Positions 1 to 18,877 of a DNA stretch of 64,000 nt are shown here, piece after piece. Location: contig NC_047064.1 in the NCBI RefSeq assembly GCF_902459465.1, forward strand, positions 22,072,001 through 22,136,000. Direction: 5' to 3'. Made by a program: the position numbers and the translations under genes. Within the stretch, counting starts at the first letter, position 1; each line of letters starts with the position of its first letter. The notes under the pieces were generated by a model. It was not told where the DNA came from. It saw only the letters and a list, made by a program, of their open reading frames with translations, and did not search any database. Source of the stretch: Asterias rubens (lineage: Eukaryota).

Positions 1-609
1 GGTTTGTCTGGCCTCCCTTATTTATGTTCTTCCCGAAATATCATATTATGATTGTCCTGTGAGGACTGTTCCTTGTGAAACACGCGAAGGTGGTCTTAAA
101 TCACGTAATCCGGAATAACGGAAAACATGTGGGCGGGAGAGGGGGTGTTTCAAAATGGTTGCCGCTTGTGTGTGACGACTTTTTAGACCGACTATCATGA
201 CACTGTCGGAGATATGGTAAAGCCAGACATTACGTATATCTAATGAAACCATTTTGATGTAATAGTGAGACAATATGCCTGTCTGTATCCTTACGAGTTA
301 TGGAAAGGACAAATTCTATACTGGTTCATTACTGACCCCATTTTGTGTTGACGCTTCTTATCTTACCAAAGTATATCTGTGCTAGTGGTCCATGAAATAT
401 CATGTACTGGGCTTAATGTAGCACAAACATATCTGGTCAATCCAGAACCTTGGTCTCGAATAGTCTACCCTAAACCATGTTTAGGTCCCTCCTCCTATCT
501 TCCGCATCTTAAACTTCTTTTCTCTTCATTCTTTTTCTTGAAAACCACTTATGAGAAAACTTGCTCTCGATTCAAGTCAGATAATAACACTTTCCCTTTG
601 GGGTTTCAG

Positions 610-3600
610 AGCGGAACTGCCTTTTCTTTGGGGGCCTTTACAGAGAAAGAGGACGAGATGAGGAGCCAGGCCTTCCAGGTTGGGGCGAAACTCGGCTGCA
701 GTGCGTCTGAGAGCGTCGCTCTTGTGGACTGCATGAGGGAACAGGACGCCTTGGCACTTGTGGCGGCTTCAATTGAGGTTTGATTTTTTATTTTTTTTTT
801 TTTTATTATTATAAAATGTTTCTTAAACCAAGCATGCCTCATAAGTCAACTTAATTATTCTAGCTCGCCATATTGAGATAACTTCCTTCCCCTAATACAA
901 ATTGAGGATAATTACCGAGACAAACCAGTGAGTGCTCTCCCCTCTCATTCAGAATCAGACAACAAGAAAAAGGTACAGGATCATTACATGAACAGATAAG
1001 CTTCAAATTTTCAACGCTTACATAGCAAAGTTGCCAGAGTCTCATGGACACTGAGGGCGCACAAAGAACAGCTATCGTCCAATCAAAGTCTGCCTCCTTT
1101 AGGCTCAGTGAGTGCTCACATGTTTGTTTTAAAATCAACACACAAGTTTAGAAACACTTTAGGTATACCCCGTTAATGCAGTTCTTCTAACTTGATCTTC
1201 TCAGACAGCCTTCCGAACCAGTGCCGTTAACGACGGAGAATTCCTCTCTGACACCCCGGTCAATCTCTACTCCACCGGGCAGTACAACCACGTCGAGATC
1301 CTCCTGGGGTCAAATGCTGATGAGGGGACATCGTTCCTTCTTGGCGATCCGAAGTTTGCGGAGTATTTCACGTCGCAGGTGGCGCCTGTTCTGAGCAAAG
1401 ATGATTTCGAATTGTATACGAGTCAAAACCTCGTATACGCTTTTGGTAAATATGATTGGATCTCTGTGCATTTAATTTTCTTGTCAAAAACAAAATGAGG
1501 AGTTAAAAATGGTGCACCACTACACAAATCCAGGAGGAGACTTTCTTTTGACTTGGTAGCCATTTTATGATAACCAGTTTGATTTCATTTGGTCCGAGAG
1601 GGACCGATTAAACTCTCACAAAATAGCTCAAACTTTGCGGACTTTAAAACTGACATATGCAACCAACTGCTATGTATACGCACAAGCGATTACTGTGTCC
1701 GGTGTTTATAATGTAAAGTGTGTCTTTAAGGCAGTCGAATTGGACGATCTATCTGCTTGGAAACTATTGATGGCGCACTATATTGTGAACAACAACCTCT
1801 TACGTAACTGGAATTGTGTTCCTTATGTTATCACTATTGATATCAGACTCAATTTGATATGATTTTGTTTAATTACTCAGGTTCAACAGACGCACCGTTT
1901 ATTGCGGATTCAGTCAGAATGCAGTACGTTGACTGGTCTCAGGCCGACAACGAGACTGCCGATTACTTCAACTCCTTTGTAGAATTTGCCGGTGACTTTG
2001 CATTCGTGTGCCCAACTGACAATGTTGCTCGCATTCACGCCCAAGCGGGCGATACTGTGTTTCTGTATCAGATGACGCAAGTCCCTACCGTGTCTATTTA
2101 TAACGTCGGTGGCTTGCAGCCGGGATGGTTAGGAGCGACTCACGCCGAGGATTTACCGTTCGTATTCGGCATTGTGTTCGACCCTGAGTTTGCTCTAGTT
2201 CTGTCTCCCTTTGTGCCTGGTCCAGAGAAGGCACTTTCTGTTAAATTTATGGAATACTGGACAAACTTTGCCAAGACTGGGTAAGAAAAGCTTCTGCACG
2301 TGTGACTTGTACTTTGTATTCAAAAGTATTTAATCCAACCATTTATATTATTTTAGTAAGGCTGAAAAAAGTGTTTGTCATTGTGTCTTCTTTCCCCGTG
2401 TGAAAAGGTACGATTATATCCTTTCAATCTTATAGTCACTATCATCTGTACTTTTCTTTACCACAGAAATCCTGTTACAGCAGACGATATTTGGCCCCAA
2501 TTTACCATCCCAGAGTTGGTATACAAGGAGCTCAACGTTGACATGGCAACAGGACGCGCCCTCAAGAGTGACCAGTGCCATTTCTGGAACACTTATCTGG
2601 TGCAGCTGCAGACCATGTTTGGTAAATGTTTAAATGAAATACCCACCACCACTCCTCAATCAATTCTAGGACTATTGGTAGGGTTGAAAACAATAACAGT
2701 GGCAGACAGAGCTGTGTACAATGAGAGAGTTGAGATATGGAGGAACCAGTTTTCTAAACGTGGTTGCTAAACGCCATGTTTTGGCCCAAAGGCAACACGA
2801 CCCAATGTGGAGTCTCAACTAGCACCCTTAAAGACACTAGACACTATTGGTAAAATTGTCAAACACCACTTCTCACTTGGTGTATCTCAACATATGCATA
2901 ACAAAACAAACCTGTGAAACTATGAGCTTGATTGGTCGCCGGAGTTGCGAGATAACTATGAAAGAAAAAACACCCTTGTCACACGAAGTTGTGTCCTTAA
3001 GATGCTTGATTTCGAGACCTCAAAATTCTAAACCTGAGGTCTCGAAATCAAATTCGTGGTAAATTACTTCTTTCTCGAAAACTATGTCACTTCAGAGGGA
3101 GCCGTTTCTCACAATGTTTTATACCATCAACCTCTCCCCATTACCCCTTACCAAGTGAGGTTTTATGCTGATAATTATTTTGAGTGTCCACTGCCTTTAA
3201 TACCTATGTACATGTATGTGTTATGTTGTTGTTGATTGAATGGCTTTTAATCGCAATTTGTAGCAAATCTCACCATACATAGCTCTGGTGGGCTGATACT
3301 ATAGTGCGCCGCCTGAACTGTAATTCCTCTAACTATTATAGACGATGTGACCTATGTTTACATTCAAACCGCCCTCTGTTGACAAAACACTACGTACGTC
3401 ATGTTTCGCCGGGCACCGAGTTGCGTAGTCACAGTAAGTTTGCGTACACTTTCTAGCTTGCTGCCAAAACACAAAGGTTCAGTTAGTTATATTTATTTAT
3501 ACGGTTTTTATTTCAGCCAACATGGATGATGTAGAACGGGAGTGGAAAGCGTCTTACAGAGCCTGGAAGTACACCGACATGGCCGACTGGAGAGAGCAGT

Positions 3601-3632
3601 TCAACCAGTATAAAGCACTAACTGGCAATTGA
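610..3632 (+). CDS. Carboxyl/cholinesterase-like paralog P1 (5'-partial; last 5 exons) with C-terminal WAT exon
   Basis: GT-AG exons 610-777, 1205-1445, 1881-2280, 2467-2621, 3517-3632 join in frame (1080 nt). Motifs GSNADEG (catalytic Glu), GATHAEDL (catalytic His), YWTNFAKTG. The last exon encodes NMDDVEREWKASYRAWKYTDMADWREQFNQYKALTGN*. Upstream exons lie outside the window. Confidence 0.9.
2828..3200 (-). mobile_element. TTAA-flanked non-autonomous DNA transposon (Kolobok/T2-MITE-like), same family as 58170-58557
   Basis: Begins ttaaagacactagacactattgg and ends gtgtccactgcctttaa. The internal sequence is the reverse complement of the 58170 copy. Confidence 0.7.
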
Positions 3633-4754
3633 TTGCTGAAGAAACTTGCATGTTGACAAAATCATGTGCTTAATATAGACCGCCCTCTTGGACGTCAGAA
3701 AAAGAGGTGAAAATGCCGGCCTATTTGGAACTTCATGATCACTTTACTTTCTGTCCAAATTATTTGTGTTAATTTCCACCTTTTAACAGAACAAACCTCT
3801 TAATACTCCTAAGTCATATTTCACCAATCCGAGTTCAAATGCCTTGACCAATTTATGGTCAAAATTATTTGTATTTTTGTCATAAATGACCCCAAACTTA
3901 CGCCGAATCCTAGTCAAATCTCCCAATGACCATTTCGCACATCTTATACCCGGGTGTGTTTATGTGTTATGGCAGTAGATAGGTGTAAAACAACCACTTA
4001 TCTGTCATACTTCCTAGAAGAAAAAAAATTACCACAAGTAATTGTTTCCTTTACTCATTACCAATCTTCCAATTTATAAACAATTTAAGGAAATATTATA
4101 GTTAATAGGGAAGTTCACTGTACATGTAAAGCATCGACTACTTTGGATTATTTTCTAAATGTTTTATTTAGTTACTGTTTTCCTTCTGGAAAAAAAACCT
4201 TTAGCACAACTTTTACCTTCACTTTTGTGCTATTATTTTAATCTGTTTTTAAAAAATTGAACTTTTAATATAAACAATCTAGTTTGGATACTTTTGTCCG
4301 TACAGTGAAAACATTATGCATGTAATTTGTTGTGTTTTACCCTTACACCTATGTGTGTTATTTAGCACTGTATAATCAGTACTTGCCTGAGTTCTGTGAA
4401 AAATGAAAAAATGATTATGCACTATAACTAAATTAATACCGAATAAATGTTACTGGGCCTATTATTCCAAACGTCAATGTCTTTTTAGTATTTGGTGATT
4501 TCTTTTTTGGGGGATGTGGTACATGCATTAAGTTTGACATACAAACAGTATTAGGGTTCAATGTTGTCAACCGGGCTTCCGTGTACGAGGTTGTTTAACT
4601 AACTCATACCCACGGCTCTCGTAACACCATTTGTAAATGTCAACGTAACATAAAGAATGCACTTTATCTTCGTATAGTCCAGCAGATAGTGCAGAAAATG
4701 TTAATTTATGATAAATAAGAATAATGCTCACACTCTTACATAAATAATGGTCAC

Positions 4755-5260
4755 TTCATCAACCGACTCGAGCTGTGGTACGGTGTTTCTGATCAGTGGA
4801 GTGTTCCCTTAAGCAAGACACTAAACTCATATTGCTTCGAATGGGACGTAAATCTGTTGGTACAGTGTGCTAGTGTGCGTTAAGTTCATTGCAATTTTCT
4901 TTCGTCATCAACACAAAGAGTACAAGTTGATCTGGGGCTGTCAAGGTTACACAAACTGTTAATGGAAGATGTGTACAACCAGACCCCTGCATCGAAAAGA
5001 GAAGGGGTTCACCCTAGTATTCATGGTTTGATTGGTTGCATTGCAAAACAGCACATTGTAAACCATACGATGCTACGCAATGGAAAACAATCTCATACTT
5101 CAAAACTTTAAAATGTACATGTACATGTACATGAATATGTTGCCCCACAATACCTTGCAGGATACGTTATAATAATGGTAGAGTGCACTAAGAGGTCACT
5201 GAGTGACGAATTTGAGCGCTATATTAGAAGCCACTATTACTAGTGGTGCGTTGTGGCCAC
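4755..5260 (+). mobile_element. Probable SINE-like repeat
   Basis: Contains gactcgagctgtggt (also seen at ~34815), a ccttaagcaagacact core motif typical of deuterostome SINEs, and a gagcgctatat...ctattac 3' end. Boundaries are approximate. Confidence 0.35.
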
Positions 5261-5683
5261 TGTAACGAATGATACGGCAACTCTTTCGTCCAATGGCTAA
5301 TGACTAATCAATGACCAATTCAACGGTAACAGTTATTGGTTAACGACCGTGACCCACTTGCCTCATCTTGCATCTTGTTCTGCACACACCTTGTGTGGTA
5401 TTCAAGTATTCAACCAACGTGAACTTTACTCACAAACGTCACCTTACAAAGCCAAAAAAATATATTGAAGGCCGTTCGATCATTCACATGCAAATTAGAG
5501 CGCGACAATGAGTTTCCGAACCTTGGCATGACTCTTCAGTTTTGTGTGGAAACCGGGGCAGCTATTATTGTGTGGCCAACAGGCTAGCTTGTAAAAGCTG
5601 CAGCCAGTTTTGAAGGAAAAGGGTTAAACTTTCACCGACAAGCACTGAATCTGGCCCAGTTTGCAACCCTCAATATACTCAAT

Positions 5684-11210
<5,527 letters not shown>

Positions 11211-12070
11211 TTTTACACCTGGAAATACACAGACATTGCCGACTGGAGAGAGCAGTTCAACCAGTACAAAGCACTAACCGGCAATTGATTGCAGATAAAG
11301 CCGCACAGTAGAAGCCGCATAGTAGAAGCCCCCTTAATAATTTGATGTCCTCAATTGATTCCTCATTAAACTAAACATATTTTAATTGTTTATTAGTAAA
11401 ATCATGTTTACTATTCTTCTTTCGCAAAAAGCCCTGTTACGTCATCAATTGGAGCTCAGTTGACATCAAAGTATTGTCATTTTTACACATGTCAGCAACG
11501 GTAGAAGTGTTTCTAGTTTTTTAAATTTTGAGGTTGGGGCAAACGTTTTGATTGAGTTTTATAATTCAGTAGTGACACATATCACAATTTCATTTAAATT
11601 ATAAACAAACGGATTATTAACAAGTTTAGGTATAGCATTTCAATTTAAAATTGAAGTGATTCAAACTCAAAATTCACCCGATCACGTGGGGCCTGACTAT
11701 TTTTCGGTCAAAATTACCTAGAGGATGTGTCAATAATGACCAACAACTGACGCAGACTTCCAGTCACAATCTCCCTTTTTTCACAAGTTCCTGGGTCAGC
11801 CGGACCCTTGAGTGGGTCAGTCCCATGAGACCAATTCTGACCAGGGAGTCCTTAGTGTACAGACAGTAGGGAGGTGTGAAACAACAACTAGTCCGTCTTG
11901 ATTCTAGAAAAATTCACCACAACTATATCAATTTTACCTATAATGCTCGACGGTAATGTTCCAGTTTATTGATTTGTACATAATGATATAGGCTATTATA
12001 TGTAAAAAGATGAAACAAGAGACCGATACAGAAACTGGAAGTAGGTCAAGACGTGTAACGTTAATGTGAA

Positions 12071-12257
12071 GCAACGGCTTTTGGCTGTTGTTATCTTGTA
12101 CTATTTTGCAACGGCTTTTGGATGTTGTTATCTTGTACTATTTTGCAACGGCTTTTGGCTGTTGTTATCTTGTACTATTTTGCAACGGCTTTTGGCTGTT
12201 GTTATCTTGTACTATTTTGCAACGGCTTTTGGCTGTTGTTATCTTGTACTATTTTGC
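12071..12257 (+). repeat. 37-bp minisatellite, 5 copies
   Basis: gcaacggcttttggctgttgttatcttgtactatttt starting at 12071, 12108, 12145, 12182 and 12219. Confidence 0.9.
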
Positions 12258-12864
12258 CTGTCATATTTCCAAGGAGACATTTTACAAAAACTTTATTCGT
12301 ATGCTCACTTGTCATGTCATGTGATACTCAAAGCATGCATGTTAAACTGTTTATTACATTTATTTACATGTTGGGGTGCGTTTTTTATTTATTTTTCATT
12401 TTTTTAAAACTTTTATTTTATAGTTGTAGTTTTATATAGTTTATTGTATTGTATATTTACCAAACTATTAGACAGAAGTATATACATAAAGAACGAGGGT
12501 TCAGACCGGGATAGCTGATGTACCACCTTCTTCTTTTATGTTTTGCCCACTTAAGTGCCAACGTTCAGATGTTTCTCACTGGCATGGTGAATCAGTCGCT
12601 GCTACGCAATACTTCCCACTTCATACTGGGAAAATTCCCACGTAGAAAACTATTCCTCCAGAACTTTATAATTTATTTCTTCTATGTACACATTCTAGTC
12701 GCTGAGCAAACATCAAAACATTAAAAAAAAAATCAAATGAATGCGTTGAATAAACAAACACCAACGATCAGGGCATGATTCAGCGGTCACAATCAAGTTT
12801 GGTGCCGCTCATTCAGCTCTACGCTCGGTGCAGCTCTGTGCTTGGTACCCCCTCTGTCCTTGGT

Positions 12865-13165
12865 AGCAAAAACATGTGACGTCACACTCTGAGGCTCGTG
12901 AATAACGCCAGAGAGTGGCCTCTACTAGCCTAGATTAATCTCCGAATCACCTTTCACCTACATTCATTTCACATCGATTCGCAGTCAAATCCTTGCAGAC
13001 GACCGAAAGTAAGCTTTTCATGTGTTTTGATTGGTCTGAGGTGATGTTTGTCAGCTGCACCCACATCATCTAGGACCAATTAAAACACATATAATTATGT
13101 AAAGCTTTATTAAAACGTCACTGCACGTTCATCCAATGATTGTATCCAATGAAATCACTGGTTCC
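12865..13165 (+). mobile_element. Interspersed repeat, second copy at ~32966-33185
   Basis: Shares acat.tgacgtcacact...aacgccagaga...acgtcactgcacgtt...tgtatccaatgaa.tcactggtt with the copy in P5 intron 2. It is absent from the homologous P4 upstream region. Confidence 0.6.
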
Positions 13166-13486
13166 AAAGAGCAGGTATATATAATAATATGTGAAACAGG
13201 GGCAAGTAGGGGGCCAGTCTATGTGCTATGGTGCTCGGCGTGCTTAGATTGATACAATACTCATACATCGTAGGGACAACCTTGTATGAAAATCCCTCAT
13301 TAGACGCGTACTATTGTGATGACAATAGAGTTCCAGGCACGTTAATAAGCAACTTATATGGCATGGTCTATTCACTGAATTTGATACAATATAATCCGTT
13401 TCGCAAACAAGCTTATGTCACGTTGTACAGTTTGTATGTGCGGCTTCTTTTTGTAGCATTACAAAAATTGTGTTGTATGAACAAGT

Positions 13487-16400
13487 ATGGTTGGTCAGGC
13501 TTTTCCCGTGTCGGTGGCCTTTTTCCTTGGGTTGTTGGTGGGCTTTGAAGCTTCCCAACCGCAGGTCACTGTAGAGCAAGGTGCCCTCTTTGGTACCACC
13601 GAGACTTTCCAGGAAGATGAGTTCATCAATATCACCAAGAACATCGATGTCTTCAAGGGGATACCGTTTGCAGAGCCACCCGTTGGAGCGCTGCGATTCA
13701 GGGCACCGGTAGAGAAGAGTAGTTGGGGAAGCGAGGTTTACAACGCCACGTACTTCAGAGCTGCATGCGTTCAGGATTCGGCATACGTCACCCCATATGG
13801 CTTGCAGATGAGTGAAGACTGTCTTCATGTCAATATTTACGCGCCAAATCCAAAACTTGTAAGTCTGTTTCAACACATATCGTCTGTCAAGTCATCAGGA
13901 ATATAACTTAAGTTTTAACAATGACTTTGCAATAAAAATGAGTTATACATTGCGAGAGGAAGTCTCGCGACTATTCGGTTTTTGGGTGTCCGTTGTGCGA
14001 GATTGGAAGTATAGAACCAGAAGCTCTCAATCACAATCCAGATAGTGCGTTGTGCCAGACTTGCCAGGCATTAAGCCAAATAAAACCTGATGAGGCTTTG
14101 CATGCAAGGTGCATGGTCTTACCATGGAGGTATAAATAGAAACGTTCTTTCTCCAACCCTTATTCAAAACCCTAACACAAACCCTCATACATATGAAGTC
14201 CCACTCACCAAACCATTACATCTTTGCATACAACCCCATATAGCACTACCCAGCAACATTGACATACTGTCCCGCCCTCACACTAAAGAATACCCCATCC
14301 TTGTTCACACCTTTGTGAGGTTGTGGCTTCATAAAATAATACGTGTCGTATTATCAACCACGTGTAGGCCTACACTGTCTTAAAATGTATGTTTGGTAAA
14401 CATTTCCGGCTCTGACACTTTCGGGTCAGCTTGACCTGGGTCCAAGTGACCTGACCCACATCCGGTTAAAGCTTGGCCCACAAAATGGTATTAAAAAATT
14501 GGATTCTCACCCAGATTCTGCGTCGGTTTGACCCATTTTCATTTTATTCCCTGGTCATATTTGCCTAAAAATGTGTCAAGCCCCACGGTAACTGAATCCT
14601 GGTCAAATCTGACCTAGGAGTTTTTAGAGTGTACATCTCAAGCCCTTGAGTTGTATGACGTCAGCCCCCCCCCCTCCACCCCCCCCCCCCCCCCCCACCC
14701 CATGGATTTTCAGCTCACCATCAATATATATTTTTTTTCTCGATATCACTATCCCTTTCAAGTCCCTTTCAGCTATTGGTTTTGTTTTCTCTATTTACAG
14801 CCAGAGGGCGCTGCTGTTATGGTTTACATGCATGGTGGCGGTCTTAAAGTTGGTAGCGGATCACTCCCAGATCTCAGAAGCCAACCATTGGTTGCTATAG
14901 GTGACGTCATCTTGGTCACTTTAAACTATCGGCTGAATGTGATTGGCTTCCTAACTACAGGTGAGATCCTCAAGTTTGCTCAAATGGGATTTTCCAGTCT
15001 AAGGGGAGAAGTGGAGAAAATCATAGAGCACGTACGCCTAATTGTCTTTAGATTCACATGTTAAATTCACATGGTCACTATTTCTGTTCTTAAATGAATA
15101 AAAAGAAGAGATGTTTTTAGATTTTTCATAGCGTAAAATCAGGAAATAAGTAGGGCTATTGTTAGTGTGGTTCAAACATTTTATACGCTCACTGATTAAG
15201 TTGACTACCACTCGCACAACAAGACTTTCTTTCTCTACTTTCAGTGAAACGATGCTACAATTAATATTTGATAATTTTCGTTTTTTAATGTTCATCGTCG
15301 GTTTTCAGGTGATGAAGTTTCTCCAGGAAATGCTGGCCTTAAAGATCAAGCTCTTGCCCTCCAGTGGATCAAAAAGAACATAGAAGGTCAGAGTTCAATA
15401 GGTCACTTTAAAGTCGTTTCTTTCAATATGCTTTCGTTGGTTTAGAGGCTTCACTCATTTTGCAAATAAATTTATAAGTCTCCCAGCCTCTTGAAACCAG
15501 AAAAACATATTTTCAGACAACTAAAATTCAAATTTGTTCAATTGTTTTTGTCAGGTCAGCCGTTAAAAATATTTGATAATTATCACAGAAAAGCACCCCA
15601 GCCCCCCCCCAATAAAAATAACAATAAGACATAAAAACATAGGCCTATACATTAATTTTCCCAACAGATATTTTGCGACTTTTCATGAAGAACTTCACCA
15701 CTTCCCAAGCCAAATAGGAACAACTTTAAAGCCTAAATTTATCTAGCCTCTTCGAAGGGTGAAGCACATAACTGCCAGGTTGTGATAACTTGTCATAATT
15801 ACACAATCTATCATTTGCATGACCTACAAAACGGATCAAAAGATTTGGATAATCAGTAGGCACATGAATTTTGGCATATTTAGATGAGTGCACCCTGAGA
15901 ACATTGAGCAAGAGAGTGGTGGATAGAACGCCCGCTATCATCTCAAAATCTCACCTTGTAATGTCTTCCCAATTTCCTTGACAGCTTTCGGTGGTGACAG
16001 TGAACGCATCACCATCTTTGGTGAGAGTGCTGGATCAAATAGCGTCAGCGCTCATCTACTGGCCAAGCAGAATGAGGGATTGTTTCATCAGGCTATAATG
16101 CAGGTACAAACACTGTTCACAGTATCATTCAAAAAAGATTGTAAAATTCGTTCAGAGAAAGTACTTGTCTATTCATATTGCTTCCGGTGAAAAAAACCCA
16201 TAACTGTTTTAATCTACATCTACCGAGTTCTCATCAAAGCCTATTCAGCATATTGATGTGAACATCCATCATAATGGTAAATAATGCAAAAGTGAACTAG
16301 GAACTTGGTATCAACTTAACTGGAATATCATACATTGAGTAAGCTTTCATATTTCTTCCACAGAGCGGAAATGTTCTAGCAGAGTGGTCCTTCCAGGAGA

Positions 16401-18327
16401 ATCAAGATATAATGCGACAGCAAGCGTTTCAACTTGGTGCTAAATTTGGCTGTACGGCTGAGGACACGGCTGGCTTAGTTGAGTGTTTGCGAGAGCAAGA
16501 CCCGACGGCTCTTTTCACCACGTCAGAAGAGGTATTCCCTTGACATTAGACGTTCCCCAATTGTCAAAAGAAGATGTGTTGCATCCAAATTGTCTATATA
16601 CAAACTAGCTAGCAAAGCTATGTTTAAACCTGTGGGCATACGTTAAACTTAATGTTTGTACAATAAGGCCTTTTTGTTGATGATTCTTCAGATAGCGTTT
16701 CTAACCGCCCTGGTTGTTGACGGTGAATACATCGAGGACAAACCTCCCATTATCTACTCCACTGGGCAGTACAACCATGTCGACATCCTTCTTGGTACAA
16801 ATGCTGACGAAGGGGCGTTCATGATGCTCTACGATTCTCTGTTTTTCCCCGAATATTTCCTCAGACCTGATCCTCCTTTTGTGACTAGAGACAACTACGA
16901 GGAGATTATAAACCGGCAAGTCGAACTTTACTACGGTAAGACTCTCCCACACTGTCATGTCATAAAGTAGGGTTAGGTGGGGTCACCTCCTTAGATTGGG
17001 TCACCTCCTTTTAAGGTAGGGTCACCTCCTAAGGTAAGGTCACCTCCTAAGGCAAGGTTACCTCCTTAGGTGGGGTCATATCCTTAGATGGGGTCACCTC
17101 CTGAGGTTGGATCACTTCGCGAGGTTGGATCACATCCAGAGGTGGGATCATTTCCTAGGGTAGGGTCACCTCTAATATTTTTCTGAAATGTATCTTGCAG
17201 GAGCCAATACACAGATAGCAGACGCTATCAGACTGCAGTATGTCGACTGGTCCCAAGCGGACAATGTCAGCGCAGACTATTTTGAAGCAGTGAAGAACTT
17301 TTATACTGACTTTTTCTTTACGAGCTCAACCGACTTAGTTGCTCGTTACCACGCGCAAGGGGGCAACGCCGTCTACATGTACCAGATGACCCACGTCCCT
17401 AGCGCATCTTACTGGGATGTTGGAGTGGGGGTTGGGCCCGGCTGGTTGGGAGCATGTCATGCCGAGGATGTCCTCTATGTCTTCGGGGTTCCATTCATCC
17501 CGGAGGCTGCGGTCAGGCGATCGGAGTTTCAAGATGCGGAGAAAGCACTCTCTGTGAAATTCATGGAGTTCTGGACAAACTTCGTCAATACTGGGTGAGT
17601 GCCAAAAAAGGAGATATAAGCACGCAAAACAATTAAACTTACAAGATTAAGAAGGGCAGCCAAAGCATCATTACAGGTTAACCATTAATGTGCCTGGAAT
17701 CCTCATCATTATTTTTGATGCGGAAATTAATACTAATAGAATTGATCGCTGATGCTGTTTTGACGGTTTTGGGTTGTTGTTCTTTACAGGAACCCAGGAA
17801 CAAAGACTCCTGGCTCTTTGCCAGCCTCTAAGGACGATTACTGGCCTGAGTTTACCATCCCTGGACTCGGATACAAGGAGCTCAATGTTAACATGGCGAC
17901 AGGTCGCGCCCTCAAGAGTAACGAGGCTCATTTCTGGAACTCCTACATAGTACAACTTCAGACCATGCTGGGTAAATATACATACTCAAACACCATAATA
18001 AAAAGGGTCGTGCTACAATTCGTCTGCTTGAAATATTATTCATAAAGGTTATGAGTAAAGCTTGCCCGTACTGGTTTTAAAAAATAAACACTTAATATGA
18101 CATCACCAGGATGCACTTTGGCAAAACTCAACTTTTGTTGTTATTTTGCAGAATATGAAGCTAATGGCATGATATGTAAATGTTTGATTTATTCCTGTTT
18201 AAATGCAGCTGATATGAAGACTAGTGAGCGTGAATGGAGAGAGTCGTATAGCGCCTGGAAGTACACCGACATGGCCGACTGGAGAGAGCAGTTCAACCAG
18301 TACAAATCAGCCACCGGCAACTATTGA
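13487..18327 (+). CDS. Carboxyl/cholinesterase-like paralog P3, secreted, 611 aa, intact WAT exon
   Basis: Exons 13487-13858, 14801-14960, 15309-15386, 15985-16103, 16364-16531, 16692-16935, 17201-17594, 17790-17971, 18209-18327 (1836 nt, in frame). Signal peptide, HGGG, GESAG, GTNADEG, GACHAEDV. Confidence 0.92.
14372..14630. mobile_element. TGACCC-rich MITE-like element (CACT..AAAA / TTTTAGAGTG ends); related fragments at ~6560-6790, ~11690-11860, ~37430-37530
   Basis: TA-flanked cactgtcttaaaa ... tttttagagtg termini and many internal tgacc/ggtca motifs shared with the other fragments. Confidence 0.4.
16968..17172 (+). repeat. Degenerate 18-bp minisatellite (~11 copies) in P3 intron 6
   Basis: Units of the type gggtcacctcctaaggta with many substitutions. 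Confidence 0.8.
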
Positions 18328-18656
18328 TTAACTATCGAATAACTATGGATTAATTATACCAATTATTGAATAAATCGATCAGTTACTGAATCAACAAACT
18401 CTCGAGTCTCAAATTTATTACCTCATTGGTAATGTTACATATTTATATCTAGTTAATAATGAGTAGGGTAGATGGCCTTACCTTTCGATCCACACCGGAC
18501 CTTCTTCAGAGGCAATTGACTATATATTATAATATAAACATGTTAATCCTGCGTTGTGAAGCAAAGATGGACATCGATAGAGGATAATAGGTCATTAAAT
18601 TGTGACACCACAGTTTGTTTGGCAATATTAATCTTAGCTCTTTGTGGAATCAAGTG

Positions 18657-18779
18657 CAGCCGTCGATTTCACCAAACTTTTCAAAAGGACTTTAGGACGA
18701 GTTCAGTTCCGTTTGTGTGGACGTTATGACGCAATGAACCCATCCTAAGATGGAACTTAGCGTTTCGTGAAATCGGCTG
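18657..18779. mobile_element. Palindromic MITE, gatttcac...gtgaaatc family (other copies ~25021-25170, 42891-42970, 43268-43403, 46341-46512)
   Basis: Terminal inverted repeat cagccgtcgatttcac / gtgaaatcggctg and internal ttaggac motifs. Confidence 0.6.
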
Positions 18780-18877
18780 CAGAATACCTTCATGGTAAAG
18801 GTAAAACTGTTCAAGAGTTTCTGCCAGAATTAAGAGATTTTACTTTTTTTTTTACTTTAATAAAATTGTGTGATCTA

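Noticed and set aside
14646-14900. Polyproline ORF that could look like a PRAD partner for the WAT domains
   Set aside because: It is a poly-C homopolymer in P3 intron 1 with no signal peptide or splice support, and it starts at a non-ATG codon.
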